From positions 6,092-70,091 of the forward strand of contig SCTG01000015.1 in the NCBI GenBank assembly GCA_004298335.1: DNA of 64,000 nt, written 5' to 3'. The notes under the pieces were generated by a model. The model was given only the letters and a program-made list of their open reading frames with translations, did not search any database and was not told the origin of the DNA. The translations under genes were made by a program, and so were the position numbers. This DNA comes from Nitrospirota bacterium. GTDB taxonomy: Bacteria > Nitrospirota > Nitrospiria > Nitrospirales > NS-4. Shown here piece after piece: positions 49,050 to 57,818 of this stretch (positions within the stretch are counted from its first letter, which is position 1; the number at the start of each line of letters is the position of its first letter).

Positions 49050-50519
49050 ATGAAGATGATGCTCTATCGCAACCTGGGAATGGTCGCCGGGTTGCTCCTG
49101 CTGGGGTCGTTGGCGTTCCTGGGCGGGGAATACGCCACCTATTCGGACGCGGCCGGCGCCGCCACGCCGGTCGTGGCAAGTCCGGCCGTCCCGGCCGTTC
49201 AAGGAGCGGCGCCGGGCTTTACGGAAGTCGCCAGGGCCGTCACGCCGGCGGTGGTCAATATTACATCGCGCGCCGCGCGCGGTCATGGTCGAGGCCAGCA
49301 CGATCCGGAAGAGTTCTTCGGCTCGCCCTTCGGCCCGTTCGGTCCGCAGGGGCCGATGCCGCCACGGGAACCGCGAGGGGGCGGGATGGGCTCCGGTGTG
49401 ATCGTCTCCCCAGACGGGCACATCATCACCAACAATCATGTCGTGGAGGGCGCCAATGAGCTCACGGTCACGCTTCCGGACAAGCGGGAATTCAAAGGCA
49501 GGATCATCGGAACGGATCCGAAGACCGATCTTGCCGTCGTCAAAGTTGACGCGTCCGGTCTCCCCTTCGTGCGGTGGGGAGACGCCTCGAAACTCCAGGT
49601 AGGGGAGTACGTGCTCGCGATCGGCAACCCGTTCGGGCTGAATTCGACCGTGACGTTGGGAATCGTGAGCGCGTTGGGTCGCGGCCGGATGGGGATCACG
49701 CAATATGAGGATTTCATCCAGACCGACGCCGCGATCAACCCGGGTAATTCCGGCGGGGCGTTGGTCAACACTGCCGGGGAACTGGTGGGGATCAACACGG
49801 CCATCATCTCGCAGACCGGCGGCTCCGCCGGAGTCGGCTTTGCGGTGCCGGCCACCATGGCCAGGCCGATCCTGGAGAGTCTCGTCAGCACGGGGAAGGT
49901 CGTCCGCGGGTATCTGGGAGTGGCGATCCAGGACCTGACGCCTGACCTCGCGAAGTCTTTCGGCCTGAAGCAGGCCAAGGGGGCGTTGGTGAGCAGCATC
50001 GCCGAGGACAGCCCGGCCGAGCGCGCGGGGCTCAAGCAGGGTGATGTGATCACGGCCTACCAGGGCAAACCCATCGAAGAGCCGGCGGCCCTGCAGCGGG
50101 AAGTGACGCGCACCCCGGTCGGCACGAAGGCCGTCCTGAAGGTCATCCGGGAGGGACGCGACATGGACCTGACGGTTACCGTCGGCGAGCAGTCGGAGCG
50201 GGCGCGGGTGGCCGGCGCCGGTCCCGCCATGGAGAATGCCCTGGCGGGCCTGGAGGTCCAGAGCCTCAATCAGCAGATGGCGCGCGAGCTGGGCATCGCC
50301 GGCAAGGCGAGCGGCGTGGTCGTCGTGGGCGTGGAGCCGGGGAGCCTGGCCGAGCGCGCGGGGCTGGCGCAGGGCGACGTGATCCGCGAGGTCAACCGGC
50401 AGCCGGTCAAGTCCGTGAAGGACTACGAGAAGGTCGCCGGGAACCTCAAAAAGGACGAGCCGGCGCTCTTGCTCATCAACCGCCGCGGGGCGTCGCTGTT
50501 CATCACGATCAAGGCGTGA
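49050..50519 (+). CDS. Do/DegP/HtrA-family periplasmic serine protease with two PDZ domains
   Basis: Start MKMMLYRN at 49050. Catalytic text TNNHV..., D..., GNSGGAL. Two PDZ-like regions (GYLGV...; GVVVVGVEPGSLAERAGL). Confidence 0.93.
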   Translation: MKMMLYRNLGMVAGLLLLGSLAFLGGEYATYSDAAGAATPVVASPAVPAVQGAAPGFTEVARAVTPAVVNITSRAARGHGRGQHDPEEFFGSPFGPFGPQGPMPPREPRGGGMGSGVIVSPDGHIITNNHVVEGANELTVTLPDKREFKGRIIGTDPKTDLAVVKVDASGLPFVRWGDASKLQVGEYVLAIGNPFGLNSTVTLGIVSALGRGRMGITQYEDFIQTDAAINPGNSGGALVNTAGELVGINTAIISQTGGSAGVGFAVPATMARPILESLVSTGKVVRGYLGVAIQDLTPDLAKSFGLKQAKGALVSSIAEDSPAERAGLKQGDVITAYQGKPIEEPAALQREVTRTPVGTKAVLKVIREGRDMDLTVTVGEQSERARVAGAGPAMENALAGLEVQSLNQQMARELGIAGKASGVVVVGVEPGSLAERAGLAQGDVIREVNRQPVKSVKDYEKVAGNLKKDEPALLLINRRGASLFITIKA

Positions 50520-50660
50520 AGGAAGCTTTAGGGGCGGGTGGCGCCGAATGGGACCCGGGCGGAGCGGAAGAGCCTACAGCCGAGTCTGCGGGGCTGCGAC
50601 GGCGAAAGGATCTGAGCACGTCCGGGTGATTCGGCGACAGGACCCGCACCTAGGCCAAAA

Positions 50661-52061
50661 TCAGCCGACGATGCGGCCGACGAGGTCGTAGGCGGCCGCG
50701 TCGGTGATCTCGGCCTTGACGAAAGTTCCGGGGGGGACAGATTTGAAATCTGTCCCCCTCGAATCATCGTTCAGGTAGACGACGCCGTCGATCTCCGGGG
50801 CCTGGCCTTCGTGGCGCGCGGCGAGCAGCAGGTCCGTCTCCTCCGAGACGCCCTCCACCAGGACTTCCAGCGTGCGGCCGATCATGCCGCGGCTCTTCTT
50901 CAGCGAGATGGCTTCCTGGACCGCCAGCAGCTCGGCCCGCCGCTCCTCCATCACCGCGCGATCGACCTTCTTGTCCATGGCGACGGCCGGCGTCCCCTCC
51001 TCGTCGGAGTAGAGGAACACGCCGACGCGGTCGAACTCCATGTCGGCGAGCCAGCGCTTGAGCTCGGTGAAGGCGGCCTTGGTCTCGCCGGGGAACCCGA
51101 CGATGAAGGCGGTCCGGAAGCTGAGCCCGGGGATGCGCGTGCGCAGCCGATCCACGAGTGTCGTGATGTGCGCCTTGTCGCCCAGGCGATGCATGCGCTT
51201 GAGCATGGCGTCGTTCACGTGCTGAAAGGGCATGTCGATGTACTTGGTGATGGTTTCTTCGCCGGCGTAGAGATCGATCAGCTCGTCCGTCACCTGTTGG
51301 GGATAGAGATAGAAGGGGCGGATCCAGCGGAGCCCGTTCACCTTCACCAGTTCGCGCAGCAGAGTGACGAGGCCGTTCCGAACGCCCAGGTCCACGCCGT
51401 AGTTGATCGTATCCTGGGAGATGAGGTTGAGTTCCTTGACCCCCTCGGCCGCCAGGATGCGGGCCTCCGCGGCGATGGACTCGACGGGGCGGCTGCGCTG
51501 CTTGCCCCGCATGATCGGGATGGCGCAGAACGCGCAGTTCCGGTTGCAGCCTTCGGCGATCTTCACGTAGGCGGAGTGCGTTTTGCCGAGCCGCAGCCGC
51601 GGCGTCATCTCATCGTACAGGTACGGCGGCGGGCTGGCCCACACGCGCCGGGTCTTGCGGCCAGGCCCGAGGAGGGTCCGGCAGATCTCGACGATGCGGC
51701 CGGTATCTCCGGTCCCGACGACGCCGTCCAGTTCCGGGAGTTCCTTCAGCAGTTCGCCCTGGTAGCGCTGGGAGAGGCAGCCGGCGGCAATCAGGACCTT
51801 GCAGAGCCCGTTCTTTTTCAGCGCCCCATGTTCGATGATGGCGTTGATGGATTCCTGCTTGGCTTCTTCGATGAACCCGCAGGTGTTGATGATGACCACC
51901 TCGGCGCGGGCCGGGTCGGCGGTCAGTTCGAAGCCGTCCCTCGCCAGCACCCCCAGCATCACCTCGCTGTCCACCTGGTTTTTGGAGCAGCCGAGGTTCA
52001 CGAAGCCGACGGTGGTCGGACGGGTCGCGGCGCCAGGCGTCTGGGTGGATGATGCGATCAC
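50661..52061 (-). CDS. rimO: Ribosomal protein S12 methylthiotransferase
   Basis: 466 aa. MTTase N-domain (GFVNLGCSKNQVDSE, INTCGF), radical SAM motif CNRNCAFCAIP, and a C-terminal TRAM domain. Confidence 0.92.
   Translation of the reverse strand: MIASSTQTPGAATRPTTVGFVNLGCSKNQVDSEVMLGVLARDGFELTADPARAEVVIINTCGFIEEAKQESINAIIEHGALKKNGLCKVLIAAGCLSQRYQGELLKELPELDGVVGTGDTGRIVEICRTLLGPGRKTRRVWASPPPYLYDEMTPRLRLGKTHSAYVKIAEGCNRNCAFCAIPIMRGKQRSRPVESIAAEARILAAEGVKELNLISQDTINYGVDLGVRNGLVTLLRELVKVNGLRWIRPFYLYPQQVTDELIDLYAGEETITKYIDMPFQHVNDAMLKRMHRLGDKAHITTLVDRLRTRIPGLSFRTAFIVGFPGETKAAFTELKRWLADMEFDRVGVFLYSDEEGTPAVAMDKKVDRAVMEERRAELLAVQEAISLKKSRGMIGRTLEVLVEGVSEETDLLLAARHEGQAPEIDGVVYLNDDSRGTDFKSVPPGTFVKAEITDAAAYDLVGRIVG
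50731..50757. repeat. Perfect 27-bp palindrome embedded in-frame in the rimO TRAM-domain coding region
   Basis: GGGGGACAGATTT-G-AAATCTGTCCCCC, with 13-bp arms. On the coding strand it lies within the codons for ...GTDFKSVPP... Confidence 0.7.
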
Positions 52062-52105
52062 GGCCTGTCAGTGTAGGTGACGGGGGAAAGCTCTGTCAAT
52101 TCCGC

Positions 52106-52134
52106 TTGACTTTGAAAGGTATTTTGGATAGACT
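52106..52134 (+). promoter_or_regulatory. Candidate promoter in the A/T-rich rimO/rlpA divergent region
   Basis: TTGACT (52106-52111), 17-nt spacer, TAGACT (52129-52134). This would give a leader of about 165 nt before the rlpA-like gene. Confidence 0.3.
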
Positions 52135-52303
52135 TAAGTCGTATTTAATACATATCATCAAGCCTGTATTCTACAGGCGATCTTCGCAGCACCCAAATCA
52201 ACGGGCTGAAGTAGAGCCAAACCCGGCGGGGCCGCTGGGCACACGAAAGCAGCATGTTCGGTGTGCCGGTTGCACTTGGTATGGACCTGGGGCAAAGGAG
52301 AAA

Positions 52304-52984
52304 ATGAATCTAACTAGTCGAATAGCAAAGAGTATTTGCATGGTGGCGATCCTCGCATTGCCGGCCTGCATGACGGTTCCCAAAGGCGTGGGGGACTATG
52401 ATGCCGGGTATGTGGAGCAGGGCATCGCGTCGTGGTACGGGGGCTACTTTCATGGCCGGCCGACCGCCAACGGGGAGGTTTACGATCAATTCCAGCTGAC
52501 CGCCGCCCACCGGCTGCTGCCGTTGGGGTCCGTGGTCCGCGTCACCAATGCGGAGAATGGACGGGTAGTGGAGGTTGTGATCAACGACCGCGGGCCTTAC
52601 ATCAGGGGCCGCATCATCGATCTCTCCTATGCCGCGGCCGAGCACCTCGGCGCCGTTGACCCCGGAACGCTTCCTGTCGTGGTCGAAGTGATCCAGATGG
52701 GGCCCCGCGGGTCGAGCCTGGTATCAGGCCGTCCGGCTGTTCAGGAGCCGGAGGAGAGCCTGGGTGTCGGCCTGGGCGCGACGCTCGTCCATGATGAAGG
52801 CGCGCAGGCCGTTCAGTCCGCGATTTATGCGGTGGGCGCCCGGCCGGGGCCGGCGTATCGCGGCCACATGGATGTCCTCCTGGATCCGCGACGGACCCGC
52901 CGGATGGCGGAACCGGCAGAGGTGCCCGAGGACCATCCCGACCACGCGGAATTGGTTGAAGGCATGGCCGTTGCTCTCTCCTGA
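52304..52984 (+). CDS. rlpA: RlpA-like (DPBB domain) septal lytic-transglycosylase-family lipoprotein
   Basis: AAAGGAG RBS. Lipobox LPAC. GIASWYGGYFHGRPTANGEVYD...AAHRLLPLGSVVRVTN..NGR.V.V.INDRGPY is the RlpA double-psi beta-barrel. Confidence 0.8.
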   Translation: MNLTSRIAKSICMVAILALPACMTVPKGVGDYDAGYVEQGIASWYGGYFHGRPTANGEVYDQFQLTAAHRLLPLGSVVRVTNAENGRVVEVVINDRGPYIRGRIIDLSYAAAEHLGAVDPGTLPVVVEVIQMGPRGSSLVSGRPAVQEPEESLGVGLGATLVHDEGAQAVQSAIYAVGARPGPAYRGHMDVLLDPRRTRRMAEPAEVPEDHPDHAELVEGMAVALS

Positions 52985-53114
52985 CCCTCCATTGACACGT
53001 CCTTAGGCGACCCGATACACTCACCACTTGTGCCTGCCATTCCGGGCGAAGCGAAGAATCTGACGCTTCGCTTTGCCCGGGGTGACGCTGGTTAACTCTT
53101 TATTTGAGGACTAC

Positions 53115-53369
53115 ATGGCGAAAAAGAAGAAGGAACCCCTCGAGACGGACATCAAGCGGCTGCAAGAAAAGGTCGGCGCCCGGAAGGCCAAGACCGACAA
53201 TGCCGAGGGGGACGCCTCGCTTCGCGCTCTTCACAAGCGTTTGAAGCGGGCGCAACGGAGGAAGCGAGCCTTGGCGTTGCGGTTGGCGCACGCGCGAGGG
53301 AAGAAAAAGGAAGCCAAGCCCGCCGCGGCACCGGCACCTGCACCGGCGCCGGCTGTGGCCGCCAGCTGA
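53115..53369 (+). CDS. Small highly basic protein with Pro/Ala tail, hypothetical
   Basis: ATG 53115 follows GAGGA. Translation MAKKKKEPLETDIKRLQEK...KRLKRAQRRKRALALRLAHARGKKKEAKPAAAPAPAPAPA. No family recognised. Confidence 0.45.
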   Translation: MAKKKKEPLETDIKRLQEKVGARKAKTDNAEGDASLRALHKRLKRAQRRKRALALRLAHARGKKKEAKPAAAPAPAPAPAVAAS

Positions 53370-53384
53370 TCGGCAGGGACCATC

Positions 53385-54272
53385 ATGGCTGAAGAAAGCA
53401 AGAAGAAAGAAGACCTCGACAAGGCGAAGGCCGAGCCGAAACCCGCGGACGCGACGTCGGCCATGCCCGATGGGTCGAACAAGTCCGACTACATCCCGAC
53501 GGGTATCGAACAGGCCGTTGCCGCGGCTGAGACGCCGGCGGCGGAGGCCGCTGCGCCCGTTGAAGAAAAAGCCCCGGAGCCGAAGGTCAAGGACGAGGTC
53601 GAGATCCAGATCGACCTTCTGAAGGAAAAGGACTGGTTCCGCCGCAAGGAAGCCGCCATCACGCTGGGCGAGATGGGCGACGAGCGGGCGGTGGCCCCCC
53701 TCATCGCGGCGTTGCGGGATGACGAATGGAACGTCCGCGAGGCGGCCGAGGACTCGCTGGCGATGATCGGCTCCCCCGCCGTCGAGCCGCTGATCAAGTC
53801 CCTGCGCGAGTACCAGACCCGGCGCTATGTCATCAAGGTCCTCGGCAGGATCAAGGACGAACGGGTGCTGGATCCGCTGTTCGTCCAGCTTCGCAACGAA
53901 GAGTTCAAGGATGACGCCACGGCGGCGCTGGTGGAGGTGGGCCTTCCGGCCGTGGAGCGGCTCACGGCGGTGCTCAACGACAAAGACAAGAACGTCCGCA
54001 AGCACGCCGTCCTGGCGCTCGGCGCGATCGGGCTCCCGGAGGCGGTGGAATTGCTGATCGAGGCCACCAAGGACGATGAGTGGGAGGTGCGCATGGCGGC
54101 GATTGCGGGCCTCGACGGCATCGGCGACGATCGGGGCAAGCCCGCCATCAAAGCCCTGACCAAAGACCCCGACTTCGCGGTCCAGATGCGCGCGGAACGC
54201 ATCATCTGGGGCTGGAAGAAGAAAGACAAGCAGGTCAAGGAAGAAATCAAAGAGAAGTCCGGGACCGCGTAA
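53385..54272 (+). CDS. HEAT-repeat (PBS-lyase HEAT-like) protein, cytoplasmic-looking
   Basis: An acidic/Lys-rich N-terminal approximately 90 aa, then about 6 repeats of D..W.VR..A...LG.IGD..AV.PLI..L.D. Confidence 0.75.
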   Translation: MAEESKKKEDLDKAKAEPKPADATSAMPDGSNKSDYIPTGIEQAVAAAETPAAEAAAPVEEKAPEPKVKDEVEIQIDLLKEKDWFRRKEAAITLGEMGDERAVAPLIAALRDDEWNVREAAEDSLAMIGSPAVEPLIKSLREYQTRRYVIKVLGRIKDERVLDPLFVQLRNEEFKDDATAALVEVGLPAVERLTAVLNDKDKNVRKHAVLALGAIGLPEAVELLIEATKDDEWEVRMAAIAGLDGIGDDRGKPAIKALTKDPDFAVQMRAERIIWGWKKKDKQVKEEIKEKSGTA

Positions 54273-54275
54273 TCC

Positions 54276-54707
54276 CTATTTCGCCAGCAGCTGATCCAGT
54301 TCCTTCACCAGTTCATCCACGCGCGCATGCAGTCCCGTCTTGAGGGCCTGCGCCTCGGTCTTTACGCCTGACAGTTTTTCGGCGACCTTCCGGAGTTTCC
54401 CCTGGAGTTCCTCGCCGCCGGCATCCCCGGCCTTGGTGAGGGACTGTGCGGCTTCCTCGAGGCTGGCGACGGCCTTGCCGTAGTTCTTGTCGAGCAATTC
54501 CGACTTCGCCTGCACCAGCCGCTCCTTTGCGTTCACGATCCCCGTGCGGACGGCGAGGCTGCGCTCCACCGAACTCGTCTTGGCGACGACGTCGGCGCCA
54601 AGCTGCTTGGCCTTGTGCAGCACATTTTCAGGCCCTTTCTGGCCGACGTATACGCCGAGCCCGAACGCGAGACCGAGCACCACCAGGAACCCCAGGAATT
54701 TGAGCAT
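54276..54707 (-). CDS. N-terminally anchored coiled-coil membrane protein, hypothetical
   Basis: 143 aa. TM helix MLKFLGFLVVLGLAFGLGVYVG, then an Ala/Lys/Glu-rich helical region. Confidence 0.5.
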   Translation of the reverse strand: MLKFLGFLVVLGLAFGLGVYVGQKGPENVLHKAKQLGADVVAKTSSVERSLAVRTGIVNAKERLVQAKSELLDKNYGKAVASLEEAAQSLTKAGDAGGEELQGKLRKVAEKLSGVKTEAQALKTGLHARVDELVKELDQLLAK

Positions 54708-54731
54708 GGCGTTCTCCTCGTTAATCTACGG

Positions 54732-55859
54732 CTACGGTTTCTTTCCGCCCGCGACGGCGCCGAGATGGCCCGCGGCGAATGCGCGGACGGTCAGGTCCTT
54801 GTCCAGCAGCGCGCGTCTCAGATAGGGGATGGCCGTCCTGCCCCCGATCCGCCCGAGCGCCTGGACCGACGCCACGCGCACCCGCGGGGCGGGATCGTCG
54901 AACGTCTCCAACGCAAGGGCCGTGGCGCGGCTCGGATCGCTTCGGGCCATCGCCCCGACGGCCGCGCTCCGGACGCCGTAATCGGGGTCCCTGACCAGCT
55001 CGCGGATGGCCAGCGCCGCCTCGCCCTCCCCCAGCCGGACGAGCGATTCCGCCGCGGCCACGCGGACGAGCGAATCGGAATCCTTGACGGCCCCCCACAA
55101 CGCGGGAATGGCCACCTTGGCGTTGAGCCGGCCCAGGCTCGCCGCGGCGAAGTTGCGGACGTAGGGGTCCTGATCGCTCAGCGCGTCCACCAGGGCGGAC
55201 ACGGCCGACATCGCGCCGAGATCGCCCAACGCTCCGGCGGCGAACGAACGGACCGAGGGCTCCGGGTCGTGCAGGCCGAGAGTCAATGCCGAGAGGGCCG
55301 ACGGATCCTTCAAGCGGCCGAGAATGCCCATGGCCGCGCCGCGCACGCCGGGACTGAAGTCCCGCGCCGCCGCCAGGAAAGGCTGTACCGCCGTGGTCTG
55401 TTTGAGGCGCACCAGGGCCTCGCGCGCCACCAGTTGGACGATGGGGTCTTTATCGTTCAGGCCCTGCCGCACCACGCCGACGACCGACGGGTCCCTGGAG
55501 AGTCCCAGGGCGGACAGTGCGGCGATACGGACGTTGCTGTCAGGGTCGTTCGCCGCCGCGCGCACCGTCGGAAGCGTCGCGGCGACCCCCATGCGGCCTG
55601 CGGTCTGGATTGCAAACGCGCGTACCCTGGGAGACGGGTCGCGCAGCGCCGTTGCCAGCACGGCCTGTGTGCCCGACGGTCCCAATTCAGCCAGCGCGGT
55701 CGCCGCTGCGCCCCGGACGAATTCCTGGTCGTGCGTCAGTAGCGTCGTCAGCACCTCCAGGGACAGTCTCACGTCGTCATCTGCCGCCGAGACGGGCACG
55801 CCCGGCAAGAGCAGGAGCCACCAGGCAAGCATGAGGGAGCAAGCGACGAGCCTGTTCAT
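54732..55859 (-). CDS. Secreted HEAT-repeat protein
   Basis: Signal peptide (LLLLPGVPVSAADD), then about 11 HEAT-like repeats (D.D..VR..AA.ALG.LG...A...L...L.D). Confidence 0.8.
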   Translation of the reverse strand: MNRLVACSLMLAWWLLLLPGVPVSAADDDVRLSLEVLTTLLTHDQEFVRGAAATALAELGPSGTQAVLATALRDPSPRVRAFAIQTAGRMGVAATLPTVRAAANDPDSNVRIAALSALGLSRDPSVVGVVRQGLNDKDPIVQLVAREALVRLKQTTAVQPFLAAARDFSPGVRGAAMGILGRLKDPSALSALTLGLHDPEPSVRSFAAGALGDLGAMSAVSALVDALSDQDPYVRNFAAASLGRLNAKVAIPALWGAVKDSDSLVRVAAAESLVRLGEGEAALAIRELVRDPDYGVRSAAVGAMARSDPSRATALALETFDDPAPRVRVASVQALGRIGGRTAIPYLRRALLDKDLTVRAFAAGHLGAVAGGKKP

Positions 55860-55939
55860 GGCGCGATCTTACCAGTAATTCCGGCCGGTGGGAATGCCGG
55901 GAATGGCCCCGGTGCGTTCATTGACAGGGGTAGGTAAAT

Positions 55940-56878
55940 GTGCGACCTTTGCGCATCCCGCTCATGGCTACAGAAATTGACCAGGAACGGCCCAGGGTCC
56001 GGGTTCCGCCGTCATGGATTGCGCTGCTTGCGCTTGTCGGCGCCGGGGTCCTCGGGGCGGTGTATTGGCTGGAGCCGACCTGGAGGCAGGTCAATGAAAG
56101 CCTGGACGGCGTCGGCCAAGTGTCTTCGACCGCAGAACAACCGGCCGTCCAGGTCCCGGAAGCGATGTTTCCCGCGCGGCGTTCCACAGCGCCCGGTCCG
56201 GGCCCGCCGGAGAGGGCGCGCGCGGCGGATCCCGCGGCGGCCGTGGCCCAGCTCAAGAATGCCCGGCTGACGGCAACGCTCGCGCTGTTGCAGCGGTGGG
56301 GGTTCTTTCGATCCGCCACGGCCGAGAAGCTGGCGGGGCGGGACCCCGCCCGTTTGATCAAGCAGTCCGGCCTGAAGTCGGCCAGGCTGCCGGTTGACTG
56401 GGCGCTGCTGGAACGGCTTGATTATCCCTGCCTGCTGGACTGGAAGGAAACCCCCGATGATTTCCGGCATGCCGTCGCGCTCCTGGAACTCAGCCCGACG
56501 GAAGCCGTGATTTTTGATCCGCTCATGGGCCGGCGGGTCGTGAGCCGCGAGGACCTGCCGGGGCATATCGATGGCGAAGCGATCATTTTGTGGAAGGGCC
56601 TGCCCGGCATCAGGGTTCCGCTGCGGGCCAGGAAGGGGACGGACCCCGCGGTGGCGGCCCTCCAACAGGCGCTCAAAAAGCAGGGACTGCTGGGCGCGGC
56701 CGTGCCCGGGGTGTACGATTCCTCCACGCGCGCGGCCGTGGTTCGGCTCCAGTCCGAGCACGGCCTGAAGGCGACGGGCGTTTTCGGCGTGCGCAGCTAC
56801 ATGGTTCTGTCCAAACGCGTGCTGGGCGCGAAGGCGCCGAGCGTCAAAGCCGGACCGGGCGCGCCTGTGAAGGACTAG
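55940..56878 (+). CDS. Membrane-anchored peptidoglycan-binding-domain protein (GspA/ExeA C-terminal-half-like, no ATPase domain)
   Basis: TM helix WIALLALVGAGVLGAVYWL. C-terminal PG_binding_1-like text (VAALQQALKKQGLL...GVYDSSTRAAVVRLQSEHGLKATGV). Start is GTG 55940 or ATG 55964. Confidence 0.65.
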   Translation: MRPLRIPLMATEIDQERPRVRVPPSWIALLALVGAGVLGAVYWLEPTWRQVNESLDGVGQVSSTAEQPAVQVPEAMFPARRSTAPGPGPPERARAADPAAAVAQLKNARLTATLALLQRWGFFRSATAEKLAGRDPARLIKQSGLKSARLPVDWALLERLDYPCLLDWKETPDDFRHAVALLELSPTEAVIFDPLMGRRVVSREDLPGHIDGEAIILWKGLPGIRVPLRARKGTDPAVAALQQALKKQGLLGAAVPGVYDSSTRAAVVRLQSEHGLKATGVFGVRSYMVLSKRVLGAKAPSVKAGPGAPVKD

Positions 56879-56914
56879 GCATGGTTTCCCTGGATGGTAG
56901 CTCTACGGGGTCTG

Positions 56915-56923
56915 TGGTATTAT
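56915..56923 (+). promoter_or_regulatory. Extended -10-like element upstream of the PstS-like gene
   Basis: TGGTATTAT (56915-56923), about 50 nt before the ATG at 56974. AGGAGAGG RBS follows. Confidence 0.3.
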
Positions 56924-56973
56924 CGGCGGCAGGGTGCCCGGAGACGCACGATTTTTAACGAGGAGAGGATGAT

Positions 56974-57804
56974 ATGTTCGCGCGCGTGATCATTTTGTTC
57001 GCAATCCTATTCGGATGGGCGGGGATTCCGCTCGCAGAAGCGGCCTCGGATCTCAGCGGCAAGCTGACCTTGTTCGCGGCCGGGCGGGAACAGGCCCTCT
57101 TCGAGAAGGCGGCGGTGAAATTCGAGAAGCTGAATCCCAGGGTCCGCACTCGGTTCGGGGTGACGGACGGCGCCGAGCCGCTGGCGGCGCTGGCCGACGG
57201 CTCGGCGGACGTGGCGGTTCTGGGGAGAGCCCTGAAGCCCGAGGAGAAGGAGTGGGCCGGCACGGTGGTGGGCTGGGAGGGGATCGCCGTCATGGTCAAC
57301 GCCTCCAACCGGGTCATGGACGTCACGATGAAACAGATCGCCGACCTCTTTGAAGGGAAGGCCAAGACCTGGGATGAGCTGGGGGGGCTGGAAGCCAGGG
57401 TCTCCGTCATCCACCGGGAGGACGGCAAGGGTGTGCGGCCCTACCTGGAACAGCAATTGAACCTGGTCGGCAAGCTTGTGAACGGGAAGGGCGTGGTGGA
57501 GCCCGACAAGGAGGCCATCCGCATGGTGTCGGGGAACCTCAATGCGGTCTCCTACGTCAACCTCAGCACGGGGCTCGGCAACGTCAACGTCGGCGTGCCG
57601 ATCCGCCTGCTGTCGATCAGCAAAGTCGAGCCGGAACCTGCCAACGTGTCCTCCGGCGCGTATCCCCTGCGCCGGCCGCTCGTGCTCGTGACGAAAACGC
57701 CGCCGTCGCCGGTTGCCAAGGCCTTCATCGACTTCATGCTGGACAAGGAAGGCCAGAAGACCGTCCTGGAAGAGGATTTCGTGCCGCTCCTCGTCACGAA
57801 GTAG
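56974..57804 (+). CDS. PstS-family (PBP-like_2) periplasmic substrate-binding protein, orphan
   Basis: Signal peptide. GADVAVLGRALKPEE......IAVMVN..N.V...T..QIADLFEGK...W.ELGG is typical of PstS/PhoT-family binding proteins. No pstCAB genes are adjacent. Confidence 0.8.
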   Translation: MFARVIILFAILFGWAGIPLAEAASDLSGKLTLFAAGREQALFEKAAVKFEKLNPRVRTRFGVTDGAEPLAALADGSADVAVLGRALKPEEKEWAGTVVGWEGIAVMVNASNRVMDVTMKQIADLFEGKAKTWDELGGLEARVSVIHREDGKGVRPYLEQQLNLVGKLVNGKGVVEPDKEAIRMVSGNLNAVSYVNLSTGLGNVNVGVPIRLLSISKVEPEPANVSSGAYPLRRPLVLVTKTPPSPVAKAFIDFMLDKEGQKTVLEEDFVPLLVTK

Positions 57805-57818
57805 GCGACGCGCAAAGG

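Noticed and set aside
53310-53369. Tandem-repeat-looking GCACCGGCACCTGCACCGGCGCCGGC stretch
   Set aside because: It is simply the coding sequence for a Pro-Ala low-complexity tail (AAAPAPAPAPA). It is not a DNA repeat element or a CRISPR-like array.
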